DNA of 64,000 bases, taken from assembly GCF_009914755.1 (NCBI RefSeq), contig NC_060927.1; one strand, given 5' to 3'. Source of the stretch: the human T2T-CHM13v2.0 reference genome, Homo sapiens. This document shows, one piece after another, positions 40,861 to 54,264 of the stretch. The position numbers and the translations under genes are program-made. A model generated the notes under the pieces. That model did not search any database, was not told the origin of the DNA, and saw only the letters and a list, made by a program, of their open reading frames with translations. The first letter of the stretch is position 1; the number at the start of each line of letters is the position of its first letter.

Positions 40861-43090
40861 TCAAATGTTGATTTTTAAAATTATACGTATGCTGCTTGTT
40901 TCAAGCAAGTGTGAATCCACAATCAAGGGTAGCTCTGTGAAAGAGCCCAACTGCAGCTTCTTTGTACCCAGCCAAGACTTTTGGGATTGCTATTTTGCCA
41001 GTTGTCTACATTAAACTATGGTTTCTTGAAGAATATCATCATCACACAAAGTTCATTGTTTAAAAAAATGAAATAAATACGCGTCATAAATGTTATCTAT
41101 TGGAATATAGAAATATCTTCATTTTAATTGGTGACTTTTTATTTTATTATTTTCTTTGAGATATGAGAAGGTGGAAATGAAGAGAGCACTGTGGAATTAA
41201 ACGAAGGTGTATGTATATATGTCTATACTTACATGTGTGTGTGGGGCAGGGAGAGAGGTCTGTGTGTGTGTATAGTTTTGGTTTTTGTAGCAGGAGTCTT
41301 TAGAAAGGTGGTGACTGCAAGGTCACCCTGCCCTTCATCACTAACTCATATGTGTCTGCTAGTCCTAAGTAAAATGGATATTAATGTCCATGGGTGTCTG
41401 TGTGCAAGTGAGGCACTGTGTTCTATGGTGGCTATGGTGTGAGCAACTGATGCAGAACCATGGACTCAGACTGGATGAGACCCTGAAAGCCAGGATTCAC
41501 ATACTGAAGCCAAGAAGAAACTGAAGCATACACAGATCCTTCCTACAGAGCATAGGCGAATAGGAGTATTTGCATATTTGACTGCATCATGAGGAGTTTT
41601 CTTCAGGTATCTCCGAGAAAAACAGCTGGCTTGCTTGTTTTTATTCTATCATCAGTCTTTTCAGAGTAGAACCCGAAGTCCTCATATCGACCTGCATGAT
41701 TTGGTAGCTCTGACCTCATCTCCCATTCCTCTCTTATTCTCTTGCTTTTACTCCAGCCACACTGGCATCTTTCTGTTTCTTAAACTTCAAGACTACTCAC
41801 CTATCTCAGGATCTCTGCAATTATTGTACCCTCTTTCTCAAATAATATGCGATTTTCTCATTTAAAATGCATATATTTATGAATGCATTTATTAAATTTA
41901 TTTTCTGCTTCTCCCAACCAATATTATCTCCAATAGTCATAGAAAATAATAGAGTAAAAAAACCTGCCCACAGCGGAGACAATTTTAGAATTTAAAAATA
42001 AATTTAGTAAAAAATGTATTAGGCCTTCATGAAGGAGACTAAAATATCAATAAATACTGTAAAATCTAGGTCATGTAGGCAATGCTTTTAGATGAGAATA
42101 CCCAAGATATTAAAAATCAACACATAGTAATTAACATATTACTTTAATCTGCAAAACCCCTAACTTTTAAAAAATTGACTAAAAGGATCATCAAATATAT
42201 GGGGGAAAATAAATGCCCAAGAATAATTAAAAAATATTGGAAGTGTAATTTTACATACAAAATTTTACCTTTTACACAGTAACAGGGCCACTAAATATTA
42301 TTTTACAATGACTCAATACAAAAATAATTTTACAAACCATGTCCATTAGCTTTAAAAACTTAATTTCTTTGTCAGCAACTTAGTGCTCTATACTCACAAA
42401 TATATGAAAATTATCAAAAGTTTTGCTAATCCACGTTGCTATGATTAGGATGTTTCCTGCTGTTACCTCTATTTCACATATAGTCCATAGCTCCCTATAA
42501 GAATAATGGAGATTTATAGTGAGTAAATATGTAATATTAATGGTATGGAAGAATATCACAAATATAACAAGGTATGTTGTTTTGAAACCTCTTCCTAAAT
42601 ATTAATTATTTGTACCACACACCTATATTCTTAATTCAAACATTTGTGTAATGAATAGCTACATAAGGAGTGAAAAAAAAGTTTTGTTAAACTATTTTTT
42701 ACTTTTTCTGGTCTGACTTTCATAGTATTTCTTTCTTTTCTAATTATACTATGATGAATGTAAAATCTTAGAGAAATAGGACTAGTAGAAATCTGTTGGT
42801 CTACAGACCCAAAAATAAACAATGCAAAATTATAGAGCATTTAAAAAATAAGTCTGTTACTTCCAGCGAATATATAGAATTAGTTTGTTTTCAATGTTTG
42901 TATATCTTTTTTTCTGAGTAAATAAATATTACCTTCTGAATGTAATGATTTCTGGACTAATGTTACAAAAACAACAAAAAACAAAACAAAATCCTCCATT
43001 CATTTCCCATTCATTGAATTTAGTCAGCTGTTTCCTAACCTAACCCATTGACCTTGTTATGGTCACAATGAAAATATCAATATTTTTCCT

Positions 43091-43403
43091 AGCTGGGCAT
43101 AATGGTTCACACCTGTAATCCCAGCATTTTGGGAGACCGAGGAGGGCAGATCACTTGAAGTCAGGAATTTGAGACCAGTCTGGGCAACATGGTGAAACTC
43201 CATCTCTACTAAAACTACAAAAAAAATTTAGCCAAGTGTGGTGGCATGCGCCTGTAGTCCCAGCTGGGGAGGGTGAGGCAAGATAATTCATTGAGCCTGG
43301 GAGGCGGAGGTTGCAGCAAGCTGAGATCGTGCCACTGCACTCTAGCATGAGCGACAGAGTGAGTGAGACTCTGTCTCAAAAAACACAACACAACTAAACA
43401 AAG
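43091..43403 (+). mobile_element. Alu (J/S-type)
   Basis: Full dimer with a CA-interrupted A tail; near-TSD TCAATATTTTTCCT / TCAATATATTTCCT. Confidence 0.92.
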
Positions 43404-43929
43404 CACTCAATATATTTCCTGATTGTGAAAATGATTTATGAAAATTCAAACAGCACAGAAAAGAGGGAGTTGGTCTGCCAGGTGAAAACACACACACTTG
43501 AACCTTTTCTTGAATATAGAACATGATAGAAAGTTCAGTTTATTCTTAATTTCAAGATTGTATTTGTCTAATACAAAACATACAAGCCCATTCTGGCAGT
43601 ATGTGAAAGTTGGACATGACAACCTGGTCGAGTCGACTCCATTTCAATTAACCACCCTGTACCAGCATATTGTGCCAACCTTTGGGCCCTGGGCAGACAG
43701 ATGTTGCATTTGTGGATTGAGAACATGCACAAGAAAGTATCTGCTTCCTTCTATGTCCCTTCTCTTTTGTCCTGGCAGTCCCTCTGTCCCTTCTATCCCT
43801 TTGAAATGTCTACCTCCTGTATCTTGAACTTGTTGCCTTTTGTTTTCCTCCCTTAGCCAAAATTAAGGCCTATCTCTCCCATCCAAAATAATTCATCTAT
43901 TGTATCCACTTCTCCCTACATTCAAAATT

Positions 43930-45785
<1,856 letters not shown>

Positions 45786-46413
45786 TAGAATTCTGGAAGA
45801 TTCACTTAGTGAGTGTTAATTAAATAAAAAGTAGCACAGACATTGTTGCCAAGGACATATTGTTTGTTCCATTTTTCTAATTTTCACCTTGTTTTAATTA
45901 TATTAAAATCCAAGAATATTTTTAATTACATCCTGAAAGCTAACAATCACTAAACACATATTTCTTAAATTAAATCTTCCAATGGCAATTGGTATAGTAT
46001 TTTTTTCCCCATTACTATTGTACACATCCAAAGAGGGAGGTAAAACTATTGTTTTATTTAACCATGTTTATACATTCCTATCCTTTGCACTAAGGGGGTT
46101 TTCAACAAAATTAGAATGTTTTTGGATATAGGAACAAATAAGTTAAATGTTATTACATCTACCCCTAAATTAGCCATGAGCCAGACATGGTCTAATAATA
46201 TCCATTAGATGTTTATTTTACATTTTAATATTTATTTTGTTATGCTAGGTGTAAGCCAAGCCTTAAGTGATTAATTTAAATCTTTGGATAAATCAAGATG
46301 TGACTGAGCTTCATATTGGTAAAAGAAAATAAAGATGTATTGTCAACTACAATACATATACATATAAAAATAATTATAAAACAAGAATACTTTTCAATAA
46401 AGATTTAAAGAAA

Positions 46414-46707
46414 GGCCTGACATGGTGGCTCATGCCTATAATCTCAGCGCTTTGGGTGTTTCAGGCAGAAGTATCACCTGATGCCAAGAGTTTGAGACCA
46501 ACCTAGGCAATGTAGGGAGACCCCTCTCTCTATATAAAAAAAAGTTAAAAATTAGCCAGGCAAGGTTTAGCATGTCTGTAGTCCCAGTTACTTGGGATGC
46601 TAAGAGAGGAGGATTGCTTTAGCCCAGGAGTTTGAGGTTTTAGTGAGCTATGATTGCTATGATTGCACCACTGTATTCTGGCTTGAGAGACAGACTGAGA
46701 CCTTGTC

Positions 46708-46762
<55 letters not shown>
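46414..46762 (+). mobile_element. AluJ with a pure 52-nt poly(A) tail
   Basis: Heavily diverged dimer; A run at 46711-46762; TSD AAAGATTTAAAGAAA / AAAGGTTTAAAGAAA. Confidence 0.92.
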
Positions 46763-46764
<2 letters not shown>

Positions 46765-47652
46765 TTTAAAGAAAATATTTTATATGAATCCTATTAATAA
46801 GTTCATAAGATATAATACTTTGGAAATGCCTTTTATATTCCTGGTAACTCCAAATACCTCAGAATAGAAAATAAGTTTACATTCACATACCAGAGGATAC
46901 TGTTCAGATCAAGAAACTAATTTAATCCCTCTGTCACTTTCTCAAATCTATGATATCTTAATCTCACAACTTTTGACTGCTAATAGCCATGGCTGAGATT
47001 TGTATTTCAGCTTCTCTCAGTTCTATGTATCCACAAAGATTTTGAGTTTAAAGGTCTTGAGACTACTAGGTTCACAGATTACTGCCACATTCTGTCTTCT
47101 TGATTTATCATTTATCTCAACTAACCATATACTTGTAAAAAATAACAGCTTTATTGATACATAATTTATATAGTATAAAGTTCACCTTTTCACACTGTAA
47201 ATACAGTGGTTTTTGTTATATTCACAGAATTGTGCAAGCTTTACCATTGAGTAATAGTAACTGGCCCAAGACACACAATAGTCTGGCTGTCATCCCAGAC
47301 CATTCCAACTCTTATGTTCCTGGCCTGCTAATTCTTAAATTCCATTTCCATCTGTTTCCTGACTTTTGATCCTTTATTTTTCATTTAACACTTGCTTCTG
47401 CCCTGGAGACTTGGCATTTGTCTCTTGTCTCTAATTAATGACAGTCTTCTAAGGACTTTGACTTAGAATTGTTCACCAGAGCTTTCATTTTGGTCACCTC
47501 TGGAAGTTCTTCTGCCTTACTTGTTTTCTAAGAATCTACCCATGGATATTGCCACTCTAGTCAGATGATTGTTTTCCCATCAGGAAGTCATTCAAACATT
47601 TTGCTTCCAGTTTTTGTTTCTTTGGACTCAGTCTTGATGAAGCTATAGACAC

Positions 47653-48080
47653 ATGGATGAACTCAGACTCTCTCTTGAAGATGAAGGAAAAGTAGAGGTC
47701 TCGTTTGGGAGAAATTTAGGGCATGTCCTCAGGAATTGGGAATTACTGCAAAGCCAAGCAAATTAAGATACAAGATACATCGCAGTGAGGTACAGATAAT
47801 TTGCCTGGGACTCCTGATTCTAGATCGCCCCTCAGGAGTTCACACGGTGATTCTCAGCATAGGACAAACCAAGTCATAGAATTCATATTGGACATGGCAG
47901 AATGTGTGCAAGGGAGCATTTGTAGGTGCCACTTTGATACAGACATTGTTAGCATTGAAAGGACAATGCACAGAGATATTAGGCCTCCTGCAATACATAG
48001 AGCAGTCCTGCACAAAAAGTGTGTTGGTGACTTTGATGATTTTGAATCCCTAATGGGTGACATGAAAAAATATGTCATAA
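47653..48080 (+). pseudogene. Possible decayed Ty3/gypsy (Sushi-ichi-like) gag relic resembling the LDOC1/RTL capsid N-terminal domain
   Basis: Manual three-frame reading gives MDELRLSL..., PQEF/HGDS..IEFIL, LKG....YIE and VL/GDF..LMGDMKK in the motif order of LDOC1/PEG10. It needs several frameshifts and stop read-throughs. Confidence 0.4.
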
Positions 48081-48364
48081 ACTGTCATCTGATGGATTTA
48101 AGATTATTGATTTATCCCATCATCTCCCTGCATTTCTGTTGCCTTTGGCCTACCCCACCAGTGACTTGGGTCACAACCTTGGCTCTGCTTACCTGCGGAT
48201 GCCCTGCACAACAACCTGACTCCCAGTGGAGAGATTCTTCCCTTTCCCTGCCTCAGGGAAAGAACTGGTTATTTGACCCAGAATGGCTATGTTTGGACAG
48301 CATTCCTAGCAGTAGGAAAGGGTTCCTGAGCCAGTATGTGAGTTTCAATACAGCTAGAGGGTAA

Positions 48365-48585
48365 GAAAATGGACTCTGGCCCCAGGATATCTGGATTTGA
48401 ACTTGAGCTTTACAACTCACTAAAGGGGAGATGACTTCCAGGAAGTTATCAAACTTCCTTTTGCCTCCGTTTCTTCCACAGTAAAAAAGGGGTAATATTA
48501 GTACCTGTCCTAGAGGTTTGTTATGGAATGAAATGTGTCAATACATAAAAAGTGCTTGTGAGAGGCTCTGTAAGTAATATGTTAG
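48365..48585 (+). mobile_element. MIR SINE
   Basis: GGACTCTGG...TGCCTCCGTTTCTTCCACAGTAAAAAAGGGGTAATATTAGTACCT. Confidence 0.75.
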
Positions 48586-48744
48586 CTTCCCCTCCACCCT
48601 CAAGAAGCCTGCATCACTGATGATTTATCTTGGAATAGGAAAGTCAAATGACAATTAATGCTGATCACTAGATTTGTGACCTTGGTAATTTCACTTCACC
48701 CATCTTTATGTTTCTCTCTGGTAAATAAGGTTAAGAATTCCTGG

Positions 48745-49035
48745 GGACATTTTGCTAAGTGAAATAAGACAGCGACAGAAGATCAATGACCTGATTCCAC
48801 TTATATGAGGTAACTAAAATAGTCAACTCATAGTAGCAGAGATTAGAATGGTTGCCAGGGGCTAGATGGAGGGGGAAATAGGGAGTTGCTATTCAATGGG
48901 CATAACGTTTCAATTTTGTAAGATGGATGTTAGATCTGCTGTATAAAATTGTGCTTAAAGTTTACAATACTGTATTAAAACTTACACATTTGTTTAGAAG
49001 GTAGATCTCATTAACTGTTCTTGCCACAGTTTTTT
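48745..49035 (+). mobile_element. L1MA/L1MB 3'-end fragment
   Basis: GCTAAGTGAAATAAG...TTCCACTTATATGAGGTA...GGTTGCCAGGGGC...GGTAGATCTCAT. Confidence 0.8.
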
Positions 49036-49778
49036 TGTAAAGCTACAATTTTGCCTCAGTTATTCCACAATGACTTACTAAGATTTCTCTTCCAAAGACC
49101 GGGAGCAGCACACAGCAGCAAGCATCACGTAATGTACGTAAGAACTCACAGGCAGAGGGTCAGCAGGAATGAGGGTCTCTTGTTTTTGTAATATGCTAGA
49201 GAGTTGTGATTGGACCATGGAGCTGGGTCCTGGCAGAGATATTCTGCCCCTCGCTGCTTTTTTTGTTTTTTTTTTTTAATGGAATAAGCATAACAATGAT
49301 CTTGCTCAGGGTAATAGACACTTTCAGTTTTGGGGCCAGTTTCTTAATGATGTACTTTAAAAAGCCAGTTCTCTAGCACTGGAAGACAATGAAAAAAGTT
49401 GCCAGGCCACCCAGAGAGAGAGCTTCACAGTCCAAAATTAGCACTCCTGCTTTTCTGTATAAGACTGAAAGACAAAACATAAATAAATGAATCTTTAAAA
49501 TTATTAAGCATGGTGTAATTTAAATGGATGTACCTATGAGTATCAAAAACTAATTTTGAATGATTATAATGAAGAATACAATATACAACATATATAATGC
49601 ATTATATTATGTTCTTAATCCTAAATTTATAACTTTTACTTAAATATTAAAAACATCTAAAAGTATTTTTAATCATGAATCAAACTTTTGATTAGTAGCT
49701 CACAACTGAGAATGCGATAAAATTGATAGCCAAGGGGGCAAGAAAAAAAAACTCCAAAAGACTGTTTTAATTAGTATA

Positions 49779-50674
49779 CAGTTGTTCCTTGGAATCCATG
49801 GGTGATTGGTTCCAGAATCCCTACCAAAATCTATGGATGCTCAAGCTCCTCATATAAAAAAGTTGTAGCACAATAAATTCTCATCATCATTGATAAGTTC
49901 TTGGAAACTGCAACTTTAAGTAAAACAATGTATAACAAAATCTATTTAATCATAGGCTAATTGACATAAATAAGAATTAAGTTCTTATGGCATATTTCTT
50001 GTCACAAAAACATCACCAAACTTCTAATTAAAGACCAAAACACTTCTGATATTCAACAGTGAAATAAATGTGAGCTATATATACCTTTAAGAAAGGCTCA
50101 AAAAAACAAATCAGATAAATGTTTATCCAACTACTCCAGTTCAGGATCCCGGGTAGCTGGAGCCTATCCCAGCAGCCCAGGGCCAAGGCTGACACCATTC
50201 CATTGCTGGGAGCAATTAGGCACACACACCCACACTCACTTAGAATGGGACCATTTTGACATGCCAGTTAAACTAACATGCACATCTTTGGAACGTGAGA
50301 GGAAATCAGAATGCCTGCAGAAAACCCACACAGACATGGAGAGAACGTGCAAACTCAACACAGACGTGGTCCAGGCCAAGAATTGATTTTTTTTCTCTTC
50401 AATGTTACAACAAAACAACATTCATGCTGTACTTGCATATAACCTATGCACATCCTCCCATGTACTTTAAATCATCTCTAGATTATTTATAATGCCTAAT
50501 ACAATTTAAATGCCATATAAATAGTTGTATTACTGCATTGATTAGGGAATCATGACAAAAAAATCTACATGTTCAGTACAAAGTCAATCATCCATTTTAA
50601 TTTTTCTGATTATTTTCGATCCATGGTTGGTTGAATCCACAGATGAGGAACCCGTGGATATGAACAGCCATCTG
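49779..50674 (+). mobile_element. MER2 split by a nested MER6
   Basis: MER2 5' part at 49779-49869 (CAGTTGTTCCTTGGAATCCATGGGTGATTGGTTCCAG) and 3' part at ~50431-50674 (GGTTGAATCCACAGATGAGGAACCCGTGGATA). Confidence 0.8.
49870..50430 (-). mobile_element. MER6-like DNA transposon
   Basis: AGAAAACCCACACAGACATGGAGAGAACGTGCAAACTC and AAGTTCTTGGAAACTGCAACTTTAAG motifs. Confidence 0.8.
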
Positions 50675-51010
50675 TAATTAATACTCTAAAACAAATACCA
50701 AAATTTTAAAGCCACAAATTTTTATACATTCTTATTTTATAACACATAACATTATTTGTAAATTCATAAGAATAGAACTTACAAGTATAATTTATATGTG
50801 ATGTTGGCATGTGAATGAAAGTTTAATTTGCATAACTATATTTCAGTAATGAAACTCAAAATAACTTGTCCCAAATCCAATAGTTGATATGTGATAGAGC
50901 TAGGATTCTGACCTGAACTTGCTATATTCTAATGCCTATGGTATCCAGTACTAGACAGAATAGGAGAGATTTAGCTGGCTTCAATATTTAAAGTGACATT
51001 ACCTTCTGGA

Positions 51011-51157
51011 CAGGGCTGGCTTTGTGGGCCTAGGAGTTGTGCAGTTGCATGTGGCTTAATGTGTTACATCTTCATCTTGAAGATATTAATATTTTTTTAA
51101 AAGGGGCTCAGCATTTTTAGTCTGCCCTGGGCTCACTGAATTATGTAGCCAGTCCTG
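51011..51157 (+). mobile_element. MER45A-like hAT MITE
   Basis: Terminal inverted repeats CAGGGCTGGCT / AGCCAGTCCTG; degenerate 8-bp TSD CTTCTGGA / TTTTTGGA. Confidence 0.75.
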
Positions 51158-53003
51158 TTTTTGGAAAAGATACAGACAACTCTTTAAATAGTCTCTGTGT
51201 TTGTAATCAGTGTGATAAAAATATAGAGTAAGCAACCAGCAAAGTTGTTCCTGGACAACCCTGGGATCAGCATGCTCACTTGCTGAAGTGCTCTCCATCC
51301 ATGGTGATGTCTTCTGGAGTTCTCCAAAAGAAGATACCCCACTGGGTCTTTCTGTAGCTGTCTAGAATGCTCTTTGTTAGGCTTGAGCACACCTCCTAGC
51401 AAGCCACAGGACATGGAACAAATATGACTTCTAAAATCCTCAAAGGATACTTTGAACCTTCTCAGAATTTATCTTCAAAATGAGAGACAAGTGGGAATTG
51501 ATAGAAGAAGGGAAGAAGAGAGAGAATGAAGAAGGCAGGGAGAAAAAGAGAGAGAGGGAGAGGGAGTGAGAATAACAATGTCTATAGACTTTGTTATAGA
51601 AAAAGAATGTATTTATATCCTACCTGTAAAGATTGTATTGCTCTCTCATTTCATTTCTATAATGGCGTATATGAAGTTCTTTAATTCCCCCATCACCTGG
51701 TAGAGGTTTATATGTATTGCTCCTCTACTAACTTCTTTAAGTAGTGGAATATTGCCTTGATCATCTTCTTGGGCCACCAAAATTTTGGAAAATTTTGATG
51801 AAGTGTTTGGTGAAGTTAAACAAAATGAAATGACAGAGCTCTGCCTGTATTCAATGACTTTGGCATTTATATATTTCCATTAAAATTATGTGCTTTTCAG
51901 GTGAGTTACGTGAAGTTTCCTAAAACTAAAACTAAATGAATCTCCAAAATAGATGCGTAAGTCCTTCATTACCTAAAAGCAATGTTTCCAATTAGTTTCT
52001 GCCTCTAAGCTTTATTTTCCCAATGCAATTTAGCTAATGCTTTAGCTAAAGAGAAAGTAAGCCACTGATTAAATTAATGTTTTAGTAGAAGATTAAGTGA
52101 ACTACTATTAGCGTAAATCCTTCTTCAATAGCATTTGACAAAACTGCTGCTAATTATCTAGCCAACTACAAATGTTCTTGCCAGGTAGTAGAATCATGAG
52201 GTTCTTTTTGCCTTTTCATTTTCTTTTTCTTTTTTTTTTTTAGTTGGATTTTATTTTTTCTGGAATATGTCACATTTTAAATAAGAGTGTCTCTTGAAAG
52301 ACAATGTGATTGGGGCCATACTCCTCACAGAAAAAGACGATTTTTTTTTTTTTTAGTTGAGGATATACGATTTTCAAGAGCAATAATAGCACCAGTGTTC
52401 AAATCCATCAATCAAAACCCTGTGAATGCTAAAGAAAATTTAAAGAGGAAACAGTAATACCAATCTTACACCAATACTTTCAAAGAAAAATCATGATTCC
52501 CAACCTGTTTTATGAGGTCAGAACAGGGGTGTGCTGTAGTCAGTTTGCACAGGCTAACAAAAGTCAATTACAAATATCTCTTCCCAACTCTGCATTTCAC
52601 ATGTAATAACCACCATTGTATAACAAACAGAACTAAGCAAATTATAATGCCAACAAATATAGTTATAGTTCAGTGAGACAATATTAAAAATTTGGGAAAA
52701 ACTTTGAAAAAAAGAAAAAATTGGAAATCTCAAGAAAAATAAAATCTCCTGTGTTCTCTTTGATCAAATTTACTTTGAAGTCTGTGCTCAACTTGACTAA
52801 TGAAATAAATGTGCAAATGATAACTAATGAGACCAATATACTGACTTTTCCCAAATACATGGAAAAGTTGAAATACATTATAGTTAACCTCCATGCACCT
52901 GTCACCTACAACAAAACATCAATAGTTTTTTAAGGGTCCCAATTGTTTTTTTTAAAGCTGGTCCAATGTGCAGCTAAGTTTGAGAATCACTGCGTTAAAT
53001 TAT

Positions 53004-53450
53004 AGTGTTTCTCACACTTCAGTGACAATTTAAATTACACAGATTGGTGTTGGTTATTCTTTAACTTATTGGAGAGCAGCTGTGGGGAGTGGGCTTAACT
53101 AGGAGCTGGTATGTCTGGCCACATTCCAATGCTTCAAAGGAGTATCTTTCTCCTTGAGCACAGTGTTTATAGATAAGAGCAGGTCACATTCTGATCATGG
53201 GAACATGATGGCAATAAGGAGGCTTTCCTACTCAGAGGCCTCCTGTGGCTTTCCACAACTTATTGTTCCATATTTTTATGGCCAGTTTATACAAGCACCC
53301 CATAAGCCTTTTTCCCAACACAGATTGCTATGTCCCATTTCCAGAGTTTCTGATCCAGTAGGTCTAGAGTTGGACCCATGAATTTGCCTTTTGTAGAAGT
53401 TCCCAGATGATGTTAATGTCACTGACTCAAAGCCACATTTGAGTAACACT
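53004..53450. mobile_element. MER5A-like hAT element split by an LTR
   Basis: AGTGTTTCTCACACTT...CAGATTGCT...CAGAGTTTCTGATCCAGTAGGTCT...AAGTTCCCAGATGATG...CACATTTGAGTAACACT. Confidence 0.7.
53045..53320 (-). mobile_element. Short ERVK-type (MER9-related) LTR, apparently internally deleted
   Basis: Minus strand reads TGTTGGGAAAAAGG...AAACTGGCCATAAA...CCAACACCA; flanked by the direct repeat CAGAT(T). Confidence 0.7.
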
Positions 53451-54264
53451 CTGCTCTGGAAAGGGAGATAAGAGATAAAGGAAAACAAGGGGATAATTGA
53501 GTAGGCAATGTCCTTTGGGAGGCTGGAAGCAACCAGTGCACCAGTGGTTTGGTTGTCTTTGTGACAGGAAGAAAGGAAGACACTTTTTTCTTTGTGACAA
53601 GTAAAAAAAGAAAGTATGAATGTAAATTCAAATAAGTTTATTGGTGGATGGATTAACAGGAAGTTAAGGAAGGTCTGCACAGATGATTTCAAACATCTTA
53701 GGCTAACACTGGGGATCTAGAATGGTCAAGTATATCTGATACATACATAGTCATGAAGTCATAATCTACAACATTTATTCATGTGGTGGCAAAATTACAT
53801 TCCAGACCACTCTATACATTATCACACTGATAATATATGTAAACAGGACCTATTTGACCAGGAAGTGTGTGCTGTTGTAAACACATTTATTTTAGCATTC
53901 TTTTTTTTTTTTTTTTTGCATAAAAACCAAGAAAGCAGTACTCCCTTACTAGTGTTCCCAACATCTGCACAATAGCAAAGATGACTCTTGCTTAGAAGTA
54001 AGGAATACCTTTGGACAGTGATTCAAGAGACATGTGGGTTATAAACCTATGGAATCTAAATTAAATGAACCTAATCAAAACAAGAAAACTCCTCTGTTTA
54101 TATATTATTTGAAATATTGACAATTTTTCAAAATTATCGTGCAAGCTTTGCATGTGAAACAGATGTCAACTGGTTCAATTGCACTGCCCTTTGCACCGGG
54201 AATGATGATCCTTATGAAGGCTGTGGAACTCTTTGGAGAACTTGTACTGCTATGAAATGTTCCA

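Noticed and set aside
46643-46867. Poly-lysine ORF
   Set aside because: It is the translation of the Alu poly(A) tail.
47990-48040. Minus-strand peptide HQHTFCAGL resembling a serine-protease/haptoglobin motif
   Set aside because: The match is very short, a stop follows within a few codons, and no other protease motifs lie nearby.
51490-51570. GA-rich purine tract
   Set aside because: Ordinary low-complexity sequence.
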